NCBI GenBank assembly: GCA_051362555.1
Contig: CM120642.1
Span: 31,248,001 to 31,312,000, forward strand
Direction of reading: 5' to 3'
Length of the DNA: 64,000 nt
From: Lingula anatina
Taxonomy: Eukaryota > Animalia > Brachiopoda
Made by a program: the position numbers and the translations under genes. The notes under the pieces are model-generated. The model was not told the origin of the DNA and did no database searches. It saw only the letters and a program-made list of their open reading frames with translations. Shown in pieces: positions 36,389 through 49,500 of the stretch (within the stretch, counting starts at the first letter, position 1; every line of letters begins with the position of its first letter).

Positions 36389-38563
36389 AGCTTGTATTTG
36401 ATAATACGGGGTCGGAAAGCCACTAACATTAAACATAGGTCTACGAAAAACAACGAAAAGCGTGGGCTGCAGATTGCGGCATTTTACCAATAAACAAAAG
36501 AGTTACCTTTTTGGGACCAAGTCCCATGTGGAAAGAAAGTACACCGTATGTCTATTTTCTCTCAGCAACTATTAACGTATACACATACAACATATTAGTC
36601 GTAAAGATCTTGCAAGAGTGTATTTTTGCCAAAACAATCCGCAGATACTGCAAAGGTGTACATGTGAGAACATATTATGATATGTCAGATAAAACTTGTG
36701 TCTCAAACGCGTATTATTGCATAGAATTGTACATTATACTACGTGTAAGTTTTTCTATATATATATCATGGAGAAATAAACGATATGTTGGTCACAACTT
36801 ATGCTTTCTTTATTTTAAAACGACATTAGAACAATTTTCTTCACATAGCTTTGGTAAAATTTAAATTTTATTGAATCAAATATTGCAGCCTATTTGCAAT
36901 TTTTTCTTTTCTTTCTTTCTTTCTTTTATCGTTATCATATATGTTGTCGATCTTGAGATTCAATAAAAGAACAAGAAAAAGTCACGAATATAGATAAGCA
37001 AGTCTCTAATGAATTCTCAATATCAGAGTAAACTAAATAATAAAATAAATAGGTCTAGATTGTACTAAATGTATCCATATACAAGTAGTTTAGAGGGCTT
37101 GCAAAATGTACTGAAACATTTTAGTGCCCAATAAATTATTATTATTATTATAAATAAAGTTTGTCTAAATGAAGTTTTCTAAATATCAAAGTAAACGAAA
37201 TGATAAATAAATAAATTAATTTATTTATTAACTACAAGATTTCAAGCAAACTTACATGTAGGTAATCATCAAAGTCAGAAGATAGAGCCGTTCATCCCAC
37301 ACATTTACAGCTTGCATTGTAACCAATAAATTCTACCATTCTGAGTGACATATCACCTACAAGTAACAATGGAAACAGTAGTAAAATTTTGTCATAAATA
37401 CTTTTTCGTACGCCTACGCCTTTTGTTTTTAATGGCTGTGGTGACTGAATAAATAGATTATAAATAAATAATTGTGATACTCACAATAATGTATTTTGCA
37501 TCTATGCCTCACGAAAGTTCGACCTTTTGACTGCACCACACATACCGCAACATTTCGTCTACATCCGACTTTGTCCAACTGCTACATGTAGCCTATGTGA
37601 GCACTGGGGAAAAAGGTCCGCACTACTATGAGCAATTTATTGTTATTTGTTATGCAAATTAAATCAGGCATAACTCATTTAAGGTGAGTGGTTGTTACCA
37701 AAACTGGTCTCGTATGGATAAATCCGGCGGTGTTGCCTTCACAAACGCTCAAAGTTGTGCGTATATAATCGATGTCACGTACGATACTCATACGGACCTC
37801 TTTGAGCTGTGTGACAGAGCCCTTAGAGTCTATATATTGGCATATAGATATAGATATATAAGTTCTTCGAAGAACTACTTCTATTATATTGGTTAGACCA
37901 TGGAATTTTAACAAAGTGTTAGAACTCCTTGGTTAGACGATCAGCAAATTATACATTTTGGTAATTTTAGAGGAAAATTGCAAAATATAATAACTTGTTA
38001 AAGTCGGTCTCACAATGTCATGAAAATAAAAATACAGCTGTAGGCCTATATAATTATATATATATGTATCGGTAAAATTAAATGAAGGTTTCGCTCTGCC
38101 AGAGGCCCTTGTCTAGCAGAAAAATTAACAGGAACGCACTCTGGGCTCTCTAGATTGTGATAGTGAGTACACTGGCCTGTTATTCACTCGACCAAAAAAG
38201 TTCAGAAACATGAAATTATTTTTCAATAATAAAAAATCTGCGAGAAAATCTTTAGTGTACATATAAAATAGTAACGAATGGGGGGCGCATTATATATCAA
38301 TATTTGGTTAAAATATTTACCTTAGCTCATATGTTTTTTATAATTATTCAAAATAAAGATGTTTTCGATCTTTTTGTCGAGTGAATATCGACAGGACTGC
38401 TGCATGAAAGGATTTGATAAACGATGGAACCGGACTGTCTTGGCGCATCCCTCTATGGGGCAAGTCGGAAACGAGAACCGAAAACAACACATGTTCCAAG
38501 GTAATGTACACCGAACACTTCAGATGTAATTTCATGTAGCAGATATTTTAAGAAAAACAGAAC

Positions 38564-41500
38564 ATGTTTTCGCTGTCAGGAATACTGGCCTATGTAGCTG
38601 GAAGGGGGAGAATCCCCTCAGGTAAGTGGTTCGTAAAAATCTCTTAAGAACCTTTGATTCATTCGTGCAAGTGCAAGGCAAATTACAAATTAAGAAAAAG
38701 GTACTTCATCCTGATATTTAAAGCATAAACTTGTGCAGCACTGTAGTTGCAGCCTTAAACTTCCACGAAGTTTTAAATTTTTAAAGTATATTATTGTGAG
38801 CCTAGTGGCGATCTCTCACTTTTTCAGTTTTTGCCTGATATATATGTGTACTAGCTGGTACTGTATATACTAGGTATATCAGAAAAATTTTCAAACTGAT
38901 CAGAAAATTAAAATACTTATATCATCTGAAAGGTAATGCAAAAACCGGATGAAATCATTTGGAATTTTTTAAATATTCCTACAAGCAACAAAGATATTGA
39001 AGTTTTTTAACTGCAAAAATCCACCAAAAGTGTCCACACTTCTCAGCTCAAAACCTGTGCCCACTGACCAGCAGTGATCACTCAGGCGCAGCAGAGCACC
39101 CTGTGTGTCTTTGTGTGCTCAGCCTATTGTCTGGCTCACATAGCCTGTGACTAATCAGGGCAGAGCTATTTCCCTGTGGTAATTTTCACATCATGTAATA
39201 TTGCGGATTAAATTAACTATACTTCGCAACCTTCAAATTTCATGATTTTTCTACATTATATAGCAAATTTCATAAACTTTGCTGGATATAAATTTCAAAA
39301 AGATGATACCAGCACTTACCTGAAATTTTTTAGCATTTTGTAGAGGCAAAACTTAAAACAAGCAGAACCGAAACTTGTCAAAGACTGCAACATGGGAAAA
39401 TCATGTGACCGGATTTTACTCTTTGATTTACAACTTATTTAGTTAATGGCTTGTATTAGTTTTTTTACGCAGCGCTAAAAGAGAGATTTAAAAAAGGGGT
39501 TCCATAGGCGAACTATCAGCAGGCCGACTTCAGTTTAACACTTCACTGCCCGTGGACAGTTACGACTGTAGCGCCCCTAGCGGATTGTGATCTACCTATA
39601 TATACCTTGCCCCTGACTGTTTGCACGACATTCTTTCTGATATGCTTACTGCCATGGATGTGCTTATATGCAATCATGTCGTTTTACACTTTTTGAGGCC
39701 ATTCTAATGCGTGAAAGCAAAGGCCTTCAAAAATTGTGAAACGGCGACCAGTTTGCACATCAGCTTTGATGACGGACCTTGCATATTTTTACTTTCCCTC
39801 TCATCTCAACACCTCACACACTCCGTTAAACCAATGTAGTCTTTCCGTCAACAGAGCGAGGCATAAGGTAAGGGACCATTTCCAGTTCCTGTTGTACTAA
39901 ATGTGGATCAATGTATCTCAGAGGGGATTTTCGCTAAATTGCTATCAACTTTTACTTGTTAACCAGCACAATTTGCTAGGTGCAAATTTTACACATATTT
40001 GTAAAGTGCACTTCACAGTGCATGAATATATTACCCTCAATTTTTAGACTTATATGCTAAGAACAAAGTGCAGCTGTATAGGGTAGAAATTAAAGCGCAA
40101 GCATCTTGATTTCATAATTCGCCCATACTTGCCCCATATAATACACTGTAGCCTCTGTGTGACATAGCTATTCATCCTACGCGATGCTTTTGAGATACGG
40201 GCCCCAGTTCCTTAGATAGGCTGCACTGCTTCATTTTGACCAAATAAATGCCTCACCTAAAATATAATGTTTTTTTTTTTTTTTTTTTTTGGCAGGGGGA
40301 TCATTTTATTACATTACAAAGGTTACCATATTTTTGAGATTATAGCAGATCTATACAACTTTTAAATCAGCATTATATCAATTAATTAGCTTTTAACTTC
40401 TTTTAGTGCCTTTCCAGGCCTTCCTCCATTGAAGAGACACATGGCTGATCATCTCGTGAACAGTGCTGTAATGCTGGACATGGTGAAAGCGATCATTCCA
40501 CCATTGACTTTTGACCTTCATAAAGGTCAGGCAGGTCGCATCGCAGTGGTGGGAGGATGTCAAGAGTAAGTAAGCAAGATTATGAAAGTAGCATATGCAC
40601 GGTTTTGCTTTAGTCAGTTTGAAATATCATCATATTGATTACTTTATAGAAGGCAGTATCTAGTAAACAGTGGATATTGCTAGTAATGTAGGGAATTGTG
40701 AATCATTTGTTTAAGTTATAATATATTTATATTAAGCAACAACTTAACTGTGTTATTCTGACTTATGCTGTTTTATTCTAATTTAAATTGTCTGTTTCAG
40801 GTACACTGGGGCTCCATATTTTGCAGCAATCTCAGCTTTGAAACTGGTAAATATTACATTTCTTTTGATTTACTGTATAAACATTTGTTGATAATGCTGT
40901 AATGTCTTTTTTTTTACCATTATTTTGGTTCAAAACTTCTAAAGATAAAAAAAATTAGTTGTAAATGGGGGTAAAACAAGATATGCTCATGGCACACCTG
41001 AGTAAGCAATCAGGTGAATATAAAACAATTGTAGTATGCTATGATATCTTGTGCTGTGTTGTGCTGCCTTGTATAATGTTCTAGTAGTGGCATAATAGAA
41101 AAATATTGAACAATTTCATTTGTTTCCATAGCTTACTCCTGCCTTCTAAACAACATCAAGCCCTTTTCTACATTATGAACTACCAGTATACTTTATGCTC
41201 ATCTTTTAAAGATTTAAGATGATACAATTATATTTTGTAGTGTTCTGTGCTTTAAACTAAAAATACCTTAGGCATCTGCTAAATTTTAGATTTGGACTGG
41301 GGGGGGGGGGACCAGTGATAACAAAGATTGTTATCTTCCAGGGAGCAGACCTGTCTCATGTGTTCTGTACCAGAGATGCTGCCACAGTTATCAAGTCTTA
41401 CAGCCCTGAGCTCATTGTACACCCTATTCTGTGAGTACTGTTTGTATTTAAATCAATGTTATTGTTTCAATATTACCAACAAACTGCTTATAATATACAC

Positions 41501-43525
41501 ATTACTGACACCGTTGCTATGAGACAGAATTGGTATGTTTTAATGAACATGCACCCTGCACCCAGCAATTTTAAAAAGGAGTTCTGTTTTCTGAAAAGAT
41601 TGGACCTTTTTACCTTGTTGGTTGACCCAATTTGAGAAACTGCACCAAACGTCAATCAAACTTTGATGCAGAGTAGACCCCCCCAACCCCTCTTGCCTAC
41701 AGGTCTGATAGAGGTTAACATATTCTTGCAGTTTGGCCTAATCAGTAGCACTCTGAAGGTCATTATGTCACTTTATTCCAGTGATGCCCCCAATGCAGTA
41801 GAGGAGATAGCGAGCTGGCTGCCACCTGTTGGAGATTTTGGCCCTGTCCATGCCGTGGTCATAGGGCCTGGCTTGGGGCTTAATGAGGCTAAAACACAAG
41901 TAGTAAAGGTATACAGGACAGCACACTTACAGAAACAAAGAAGTATTATGTTAATGGTAACAAGGTCAAACACTTTCAGCAGTTTTGTGCATGGGCTTGT
42001 ATGAACATCTCAAATTTATTTTAAGAATTTTGATGGAAAATCAGAAGTTGATAGTGGTTGTTTACAGCATAAAAATGGAAACATGACAGACACAATAAAT
42101 GTGCAGATCATTGCCAAAGTGAAAAAACTGAAAATCACCAAAGTTAAAATGATCTTTGTACAGTCTTTGTCAGAAAAACGTGTAGCCTGCAGGTTGTTCA
42201 GGACCCCAGGATCCAATTGTCTACTGCACTTAAGCAGAAACAGTAGCATTAACAGTAATATTTATCTCTGGCCACAGTTTATTTAAGTACATTTGTGTGA
42301 CACTGTATTTGCGTGCTGTACTGTATATCTTACTGTATTTCAAGCCTGAATTCTCTTCTTCAAATTTCAGCAAAATTTCTGTTTATACCAGTTATCTGTT
42401 GTTTGAAGACAATAGTTCTGTAAAAATATCTAAAAAAAAAATTATGTTACCTTTTATTCTTACTGTCAGTGACCACCCCTCTGCTGTGACAGAAGTCAAT
42501 CAGTGGTTGCCAAGGTTTCAGAGCATGGTGATTGGTCCAGGGTTGGGGAGGACCACCCCTATCCTGGAGACAGTTAAGGTTAGATATAAAGCACAGCACA
42601 CAAGTATAGAGTAAACAGTTATTATAATTAAGTTTTGTGACAGTCATCATTTTTTAAGTTTGGCTACACGTCAAAAACTTGTACTAATTACTGATATTCC
42701 ATCAATTGAAATTTATGTCTGCAAGATTTCAAAGATATCAAACTGGAAATCATATTGTTTTATTTTATTTTACATGTCTTATTTATATATATTGGTATTT
42801 ATATTTTTCGAAGGTGTCATTTTAACTAAGTTTAAATTGCACTCTTGTTTTTAATCATGCTTTAAAGATATACCCTTTCCATGTTTAGAAGTCTCCAAAT
42901 GTCTATGTGTCTAATTACAGGGTGTGATAGAAAAAGCCAAGGAACTTGAAATACCACTTGTTATAGATGCTGTAAGTAATAACATGTACAACCTCCTTAA
43001 TATAATTGTTTTGTCTTTGTTTCATGAGAGGAGACAGTGAATTGGTTTCAGATTTGGACTGGTGAAACCTAGAATGTATTTTGGATAAACATTTGCATTA
43101 ACATGTTTATCAAATGCTGGACTTTGACACATATTGGAGCTTACAGTTTAAATGTATTATACGAGTATTAGTCTCCCTGTACATTACTGATTTAATATGA
43201 CAAAGGAAGTAGATATTCAACATGATTTACGTTTTTTATTTCCATATGTGGTTTTTGTTTGTGATCTTTTGAAAAATCTCTTAAGAAATGATCTCTAAAG
43301 ACCTGCCAAAGTTGCCATCAGCAGCCATGGTGGAACGTTTATCATGATTTCATTTTGTTATGCCTTCTTTTTATATTTAAAGGATGGATTATTTCTGGTC
43401 ACCCAGGACCCAGATGTGATAAAGAGTTACACAAAGACCATACTAACACCCAACATTGTGGAATTTGAAAGACTTTTTCAAAAAATGGTAAATATTCAAA
43501 TTTTGAAATAATGTTAATGTAAGAC

Positions 43526-43560
<35 letters not shown>

Positions 43561-46500
43561 TTGTATTTATAAAGCCAAATTAAAAAGATTTTTCTTTGTA
43601 TCAGCCATCTGCTGTTTTTTTTTTAAATAAAATTTATCAATGTTATCTGCCTCAGTTTGCAAGGATATTTGTGCTGGAATTGAGAAAATGTTCATAAAAA
43701 TATTTAACTCACAAGTTTTGTTAATTCCACAGATGGGCCACAAACCTGACCCATTAGAGGCAGTTGAGAATGTCACCCAGCTGTCCAAGGCACTTGGGAA
43801 TGTCACCATAGTACAGAAGGGAGACCATGATGTCATCTCAGATGGGAATAAAGGTGTGTCACCTGTATCTTTCACTATTGCTAGTTGCAGCACCTGTAAT
43901 GCAATATCTGTATCTTTTACTGTTGCTAGTTGCAGCACCTCTAACGCAATACCTGTATCTTTTGCTAGTCTATTGCTAGTTGCAGCACCATCCAGTTCCT
44001 AAGTGGACTACTAAAGTCATGAAATGTGAATAAGAGCCAAAATATATTTACAGTTGATACTTGATGTGACAGAAATGTGTAAGGTGATCCTTGTTACCTG
44101 TTAGTTCTGTTTCACATTACACTATAGCTTCACAGGTAACTCTCTTGGTTGGTGTGAAATGACAGAGTGTTTTGTTTCTTCCCCTATGTGTAGTTGACAC
44201 AAACAAATTGCCTTGCCTTACATTGAATGTTGATGTCTCTATGTTACATTGTCTACATTTAATAGAACTGTCAAAAAGTACTTGAATTAGGTTGAAAGGC
44301 TTCAAGAAGATAAAAACAGTGTTACCAGTCCTCACGCTGATGGTGAACCTTTGCTTCCTACAAAAGTCAAAGAATACCATGTTTGTTTAATATTAATAGT
44401 CATAATTGTTTTTCCTGTTCTGATGATTCGCACAGACTGCACAATGGCTGGCCTAGGATATCGGAAGAGTTGGGGGGACCTTGGGTAGGGAGGGTCTGTC
44501 ATTTTTTGAGCTTAGCAGACACTGGTTTGATTACGATTTGGCTTTATTAAATTTTTAATCAGATGAATTTTCCTCTACCTGCACATGTATAGTGACTGTG
44601 TAACCATAGTTGATATTGATTCTGATGTCAGATGTAGTTGTTGCAGGAAGCTGCTCGTTTCCTATTTGGAAATAGCAGGAAAGAGACCTGTTTTATAAGA
44701 GAATAATATCATTGGAAAAACTGCGATGGAAGTAACTTGACAGTTACCAGTCGGAGGTTGTCCTGGTGAGCTACATAACCTCTTTATATACTTGTCTTCT
44801 GTAGAATTTGTTACTATATTTTTTAATATAATGTCTGATTTCCTTATGAATTTATTTGTAACACACTGTTTCTGTAATAGTGTAATCAGTATGATGGGAA
44901 GTTATATATAGGAGATGTAGCTGTATTTTTGCCCCCTTGTCATTTGTAAATAAAGCAGTAAACACCAAATGCATTAATGTTAGATGGATATATCAAGTCA
45001 GGATGTCAGGGCACAGCTAGGCTGTGACTCTCCTCTCCACTGAATATTTTTGAATTCAGTATGACAGCTATGTTTCTAAAAGGAAACTTGCAGCTATGAC
45101 TCTAAGGCCCCATTCAGAAAAGATGATCCACGCGCCATCACTGCAGGAGCCTAGCAATTAAAACTTGAAGCCGATATTTAATCCGTTTAATGGTGCGGGT
45201 GGAGGCAGAGGGGGAGACCATCAGGAATCAGCAGCATCTCTTTTGAAGTGTGATTGGCTACATTTGGTCCGTGGATCAGTTAGAACTAGGATCATCTATT
45301 CTGAATGTGGACCTGTAACTCGGGTTTTCTATGACGTGTTGCATGACCAACGCTTTCCTTAAAGCATTAATTATCACAGGGCAGCAGAGTGGAGAGATCC
45401 AGATCCAGACTAGCGTTAAAAGCTTTGGCCAGTCGAACGTATTACTGCATCAATTAAGACCAGTGAGAAAACTCAGGTTTTTCATTTGCTTTTGAACTGT
45501 AGTATTAGCAGTTTAAAAAAAAAAAACATATTCACTTAACTAGGTGTACAAGTATTCAGGTGTCTGGAGGCGTGATAGCATTATGACTAAGAGCATGTAT
45601 TTGTGATCAGGTGTGGCTGTAATTTTGGTACAATTTAATTCTTTGAGGTTGAATGCATAAATGAAAGAACTACATATTAATTTAGGCAGAGAGAGAGAGG
45701 GGAGAAAGAGGGAAAGAGAAAATGTGGAAATGATGAGATGGATCTCAGTAGTTTCAGTCCTAAAAATTTGGATCACAGATGATTTAGGCAAAATGTTTTG
45801 TGTACAGTAATACAGTTTTTAGAGTAAGCCCTGTAGGGGATTCAATAATTCAGATAAAAAACTAACGGAGATGTAAATATTTCGTTTAATGTTACAAGAA
45901 ATTTGTAAAGATACAAATGTGGAAGCTAGTTGATATATGAGATCATTGATGAAGAGGTGTCTAGCAATTTTTCCCTTTGGAATTTTTTCAGTCTTTCTTT
46001 GTATTTTTCTTTGATAGTGCTACTCAGCAGACCGAAGATAACTGGAGTTTTTTCCTTTTTTTTTCTGCAGAACTGATCAAATTAATTTCAAATAAACGTC
46101 ACATTTGAGTTTTTTGTTAGAAACCTGATCACATGATAATTTAGATTATTTAACCCTCTTTCCTCAGATATGGACAGCACCGGATGCTTATTCATGTTGC
46201 AAATTAGATTTTTCTAACCTTTCATTTTAATTCAGCATTTGTAATCACAATATCTACTCAGGTAGGGCTCAAGTGACTGGCAGGTCTTTGTTCAGAAATA
46301 TTACAGGATTTGGAAAATGGTGTTAGCATCCGCTGGTTATCTCCGTACTAGTCATGCTGCTAATTGATAACCATCCAGTGGCATGATTTTATTTCCAGCT
46401 TGAATCAGAATGACAAGAAATGGAACTCGTACAAAATGTTAATTTTAGCTGTTAAGTCTTAGTAGGGAGATTGATATTTTAATCTCTGTTTCTATTTCTG

Positions 46501-49500
46501 TAATTGTTATTTTGCGGCTTTAACTTATAATTTTTTTATATTTTCATATTTATCTTCATACCATCGGTAAAATTTTGATAATCTCAAAAAAGTCTGGAGT
46601 ACATTAAAAAAATGCTTATTACATGTTTGATTCATGTTTAGAAAATTTTATGTTGAAAGAATACATATTTTAAGGCAAGTTATATTAGATTTTTCAACCC
46701 ATTTTGCCTTTAAGATAAGTTAAATGCTTAAATCAAATACCTGAACCTATTGTTCTACCCATAATTCTTACAGATTTTTCTTTATTCTTGAGATCAATGT
46801 TAAGATTTCTATCAACCCCCATATTTGGTTTCACAATGGCAGCAGACTTTAAGACTGGGTGATTTCTGTGTTTTGGATGATTTCTATTAATCATTTTTCA
46901 TTTGGTGACAGCTAACCCAGTCAAGCGATTAGAATCAAAAATGGTCTCAGATTGCATGTCCTCCATTTTTCTACTGCCATGATGGAAATAACCATGAAAT
47001 ATCAGATAACTGTAAAATCCAGTTTAACAGAGCTTGTTTGACTTTTTTGTCACCACCTTTTTACCACTGGTATATTTTGATGTAAATGAAATTAATTAAA
47101 TGTAATTTTTTGTTGAAGAATTATCATGATTCTACTTTTCATCTTCATTAATTGTCGTCTACTAAATCACTCTTGTGCCGATTCTTTTGTACTTTTACAT
47201 TAATGTGGCATCAACCATTCATGTGGTCAGTATGGGTGATCAACTTTCTCTGAGTTCTACACAGAATGATGTGATAAAAATCCTGACTGCATTTAAAATC
47301 AGATTTACAGTATCAAACAGTCAACCAATGACAGGTAATTTCAGACCTGCCAAGTGTATCAAACCAAGTTCCGGCTGTGACAAAATGTCACTTCCCTCCT
47401 CTAGAACATTCTCTGCTAGGCCACAGTAGTGAAAGGTCAGCTTTTTCTGTGGAATTAGTCAATGAATCAGAACATATTCTGGCAAATTATTATTAGTATT
47501 CAAGGAGTAATAAGAAGGTATGTGACATGACCTGAAATTTGTAAGATTTCAGCATATTGTAATATAAATTGTCATCTGCTATTGATTGGATGTAGTCTTT
47601 CTGTATACATGTATATATGTTTGGTAATAAGTCATTGCATGAGGGGGGTTTGTTGTCTTAGAATTTTCACATTTTTATTTTCACATTAATATATAAATTA
47701 TAGTGTTTGTATTTTCAAGGAGTGTTACCTTCTTTTTAGATAATGGAATTGCTATCCATGCTCAAAAGATGTATTTTTCATAAGGCTGAATTTTAAGTAA
47801 AACCTGTATGCATTCATCAGACTTAAGTTAGGTAAAGAAATAAAAATAAAAAGTATATCGGTTGGTTATTTTCAATTAAGGAGCTCTATAAGATAATATA
47901 AAGATTTATTATGCCAGTAAATATATAAGATAATACAATATTAGGAATCCATAACCTCGTAAAAGTATTGTGTTAAAAAAGCTTTTAAGAGCAATAAATA
48001 TTAGTAAGAGTATCATGGAAAGCACTAGTCACTGGTAGAAAATTGCTGAAAAAGCCACATTTGTTAATTGAATTTTTTCAGGCCAACATCCAATAATCTA
48101 ACAATAAAAGGGACATGAGTATAGGCATCTATTGTATTCATACAATGTACTGATTGATCACTTTATCACATGAGAAAAAACATGGATGACACTTCTCATA
48201 AAACAAGAAAAGAAGGGTTATTGGGAAAGGTGATCAATTCCAGGTATTGGTCATTAAGGTCTGACATTTTGATGATTCTAACTGAACTCTCGGTGGCTTT
48301 GTAATTGATGAGAGCCAGACAGGGCTAATGCTTATACCTGAATGTGTGTTCAGACAGGGCTAATGCTTATACCTGAATGTGTGTTCAGACAGGGCTAATG
48401 CTGATACCTGAATGTGTGTTCAGACAGGGCTAATGCTGATACTTAAATGTGTGTTCAGACAGGGCTAATGCTGATACCTGAATGTGTGTTCAGACAGGGC
48501 TAATGCTGATACCTGAATGTGTGTTCAGACAGGGCTAATGCTGATACCTGAATGTGTGTTCAGACAGGGCTAATGCTGATACCTGAATGTGTGTTCAGAC
48601 AGGGCTAATGCTGATACCTGAATGTGTGTTCAGACAGGGCTAATGCTGATACTTAAATGTGTGTTCAGACAGGGCTAATGCTGATACCTGAATGTGTGTT
48701 CAGACAGGGCTAATGCTGATACCTGAATGTGTGTTCAGACAGGGCTAATGCTGATACCTGAATGTGTGTTCAGACAGGGCTAATGCTGATACCTGAATGT
48801 GTGTTCAGACATGGCAGATAAATCCAAACTGGATCATGTCCAGGATATCTTTTTTGTGAAATGGCAATATTTTGGAGATAAGGGTGAGCAATTGATGAGG
48901 CTATATTTATGTATAGAAGGATGTCTGTAGATACTTTCTACAGGAGTTATATTTATCAGTTTCACAGTTATATTTATTTTATTTGTCTGGTATTTAAATC
49001 CAGAACAGATTTAATTGATGCTTGTCTAACCACACCTTCATTGGAATTGCACTCATTTGAACTCATTTCCACCTTTTTTTTTTTTTGGTGACATTGAAAT
49101 TTCCTTTCTAGCTACTTTGAAATTGAAAAAATAAAGGATATTATTAACAGCGAAGATTCATAAAACACAAAAAGATAACAATTAGATGAGGTATGGGAAA
49201 CATCTGTTAATTGAAAAAAATTGATTTTAGTACTGCATGATTCTTCATGCACATTCAACACTGCATGACAAAGCTGCTGTATATCTCTGAAAAGACTCAT
49301 CTGGTATTATCTGTGCACTGCTTGCACCTGCCCACGATGACAATTTCCAAACCTCAGTGGCCACTACAATTAATATTTGATACATAGTATTGAGCAAGCG
49401 CGGAAGGTGGTGTCTTTTTAATTATCCGTTGCTTGGAAAAACATGCTGTGTATTGATGTGTGAAGAAGTTACATATGCAGTAGTCACAGTCACCCTGTGG

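Noticed and set aside
37675-37914. Opposing 70-79 aa ORFs between the MFS gene and NAXD
   Set aside because: Non-ATG starts, no motifs, and the segment includes a MITE-like end.
39570-39584. CTCF-like motif (CCGCTAGGGGCGC on -) near the second NAXD first exon
   Set aside because: One base short of the consensus core; too weak without binding data.
48316-48811. CRISPR-like array (35-bp repeats)
   Set aside because: Units are head-to-tail with no unique spacers, in a eukaryotic intron, with no cas genes.
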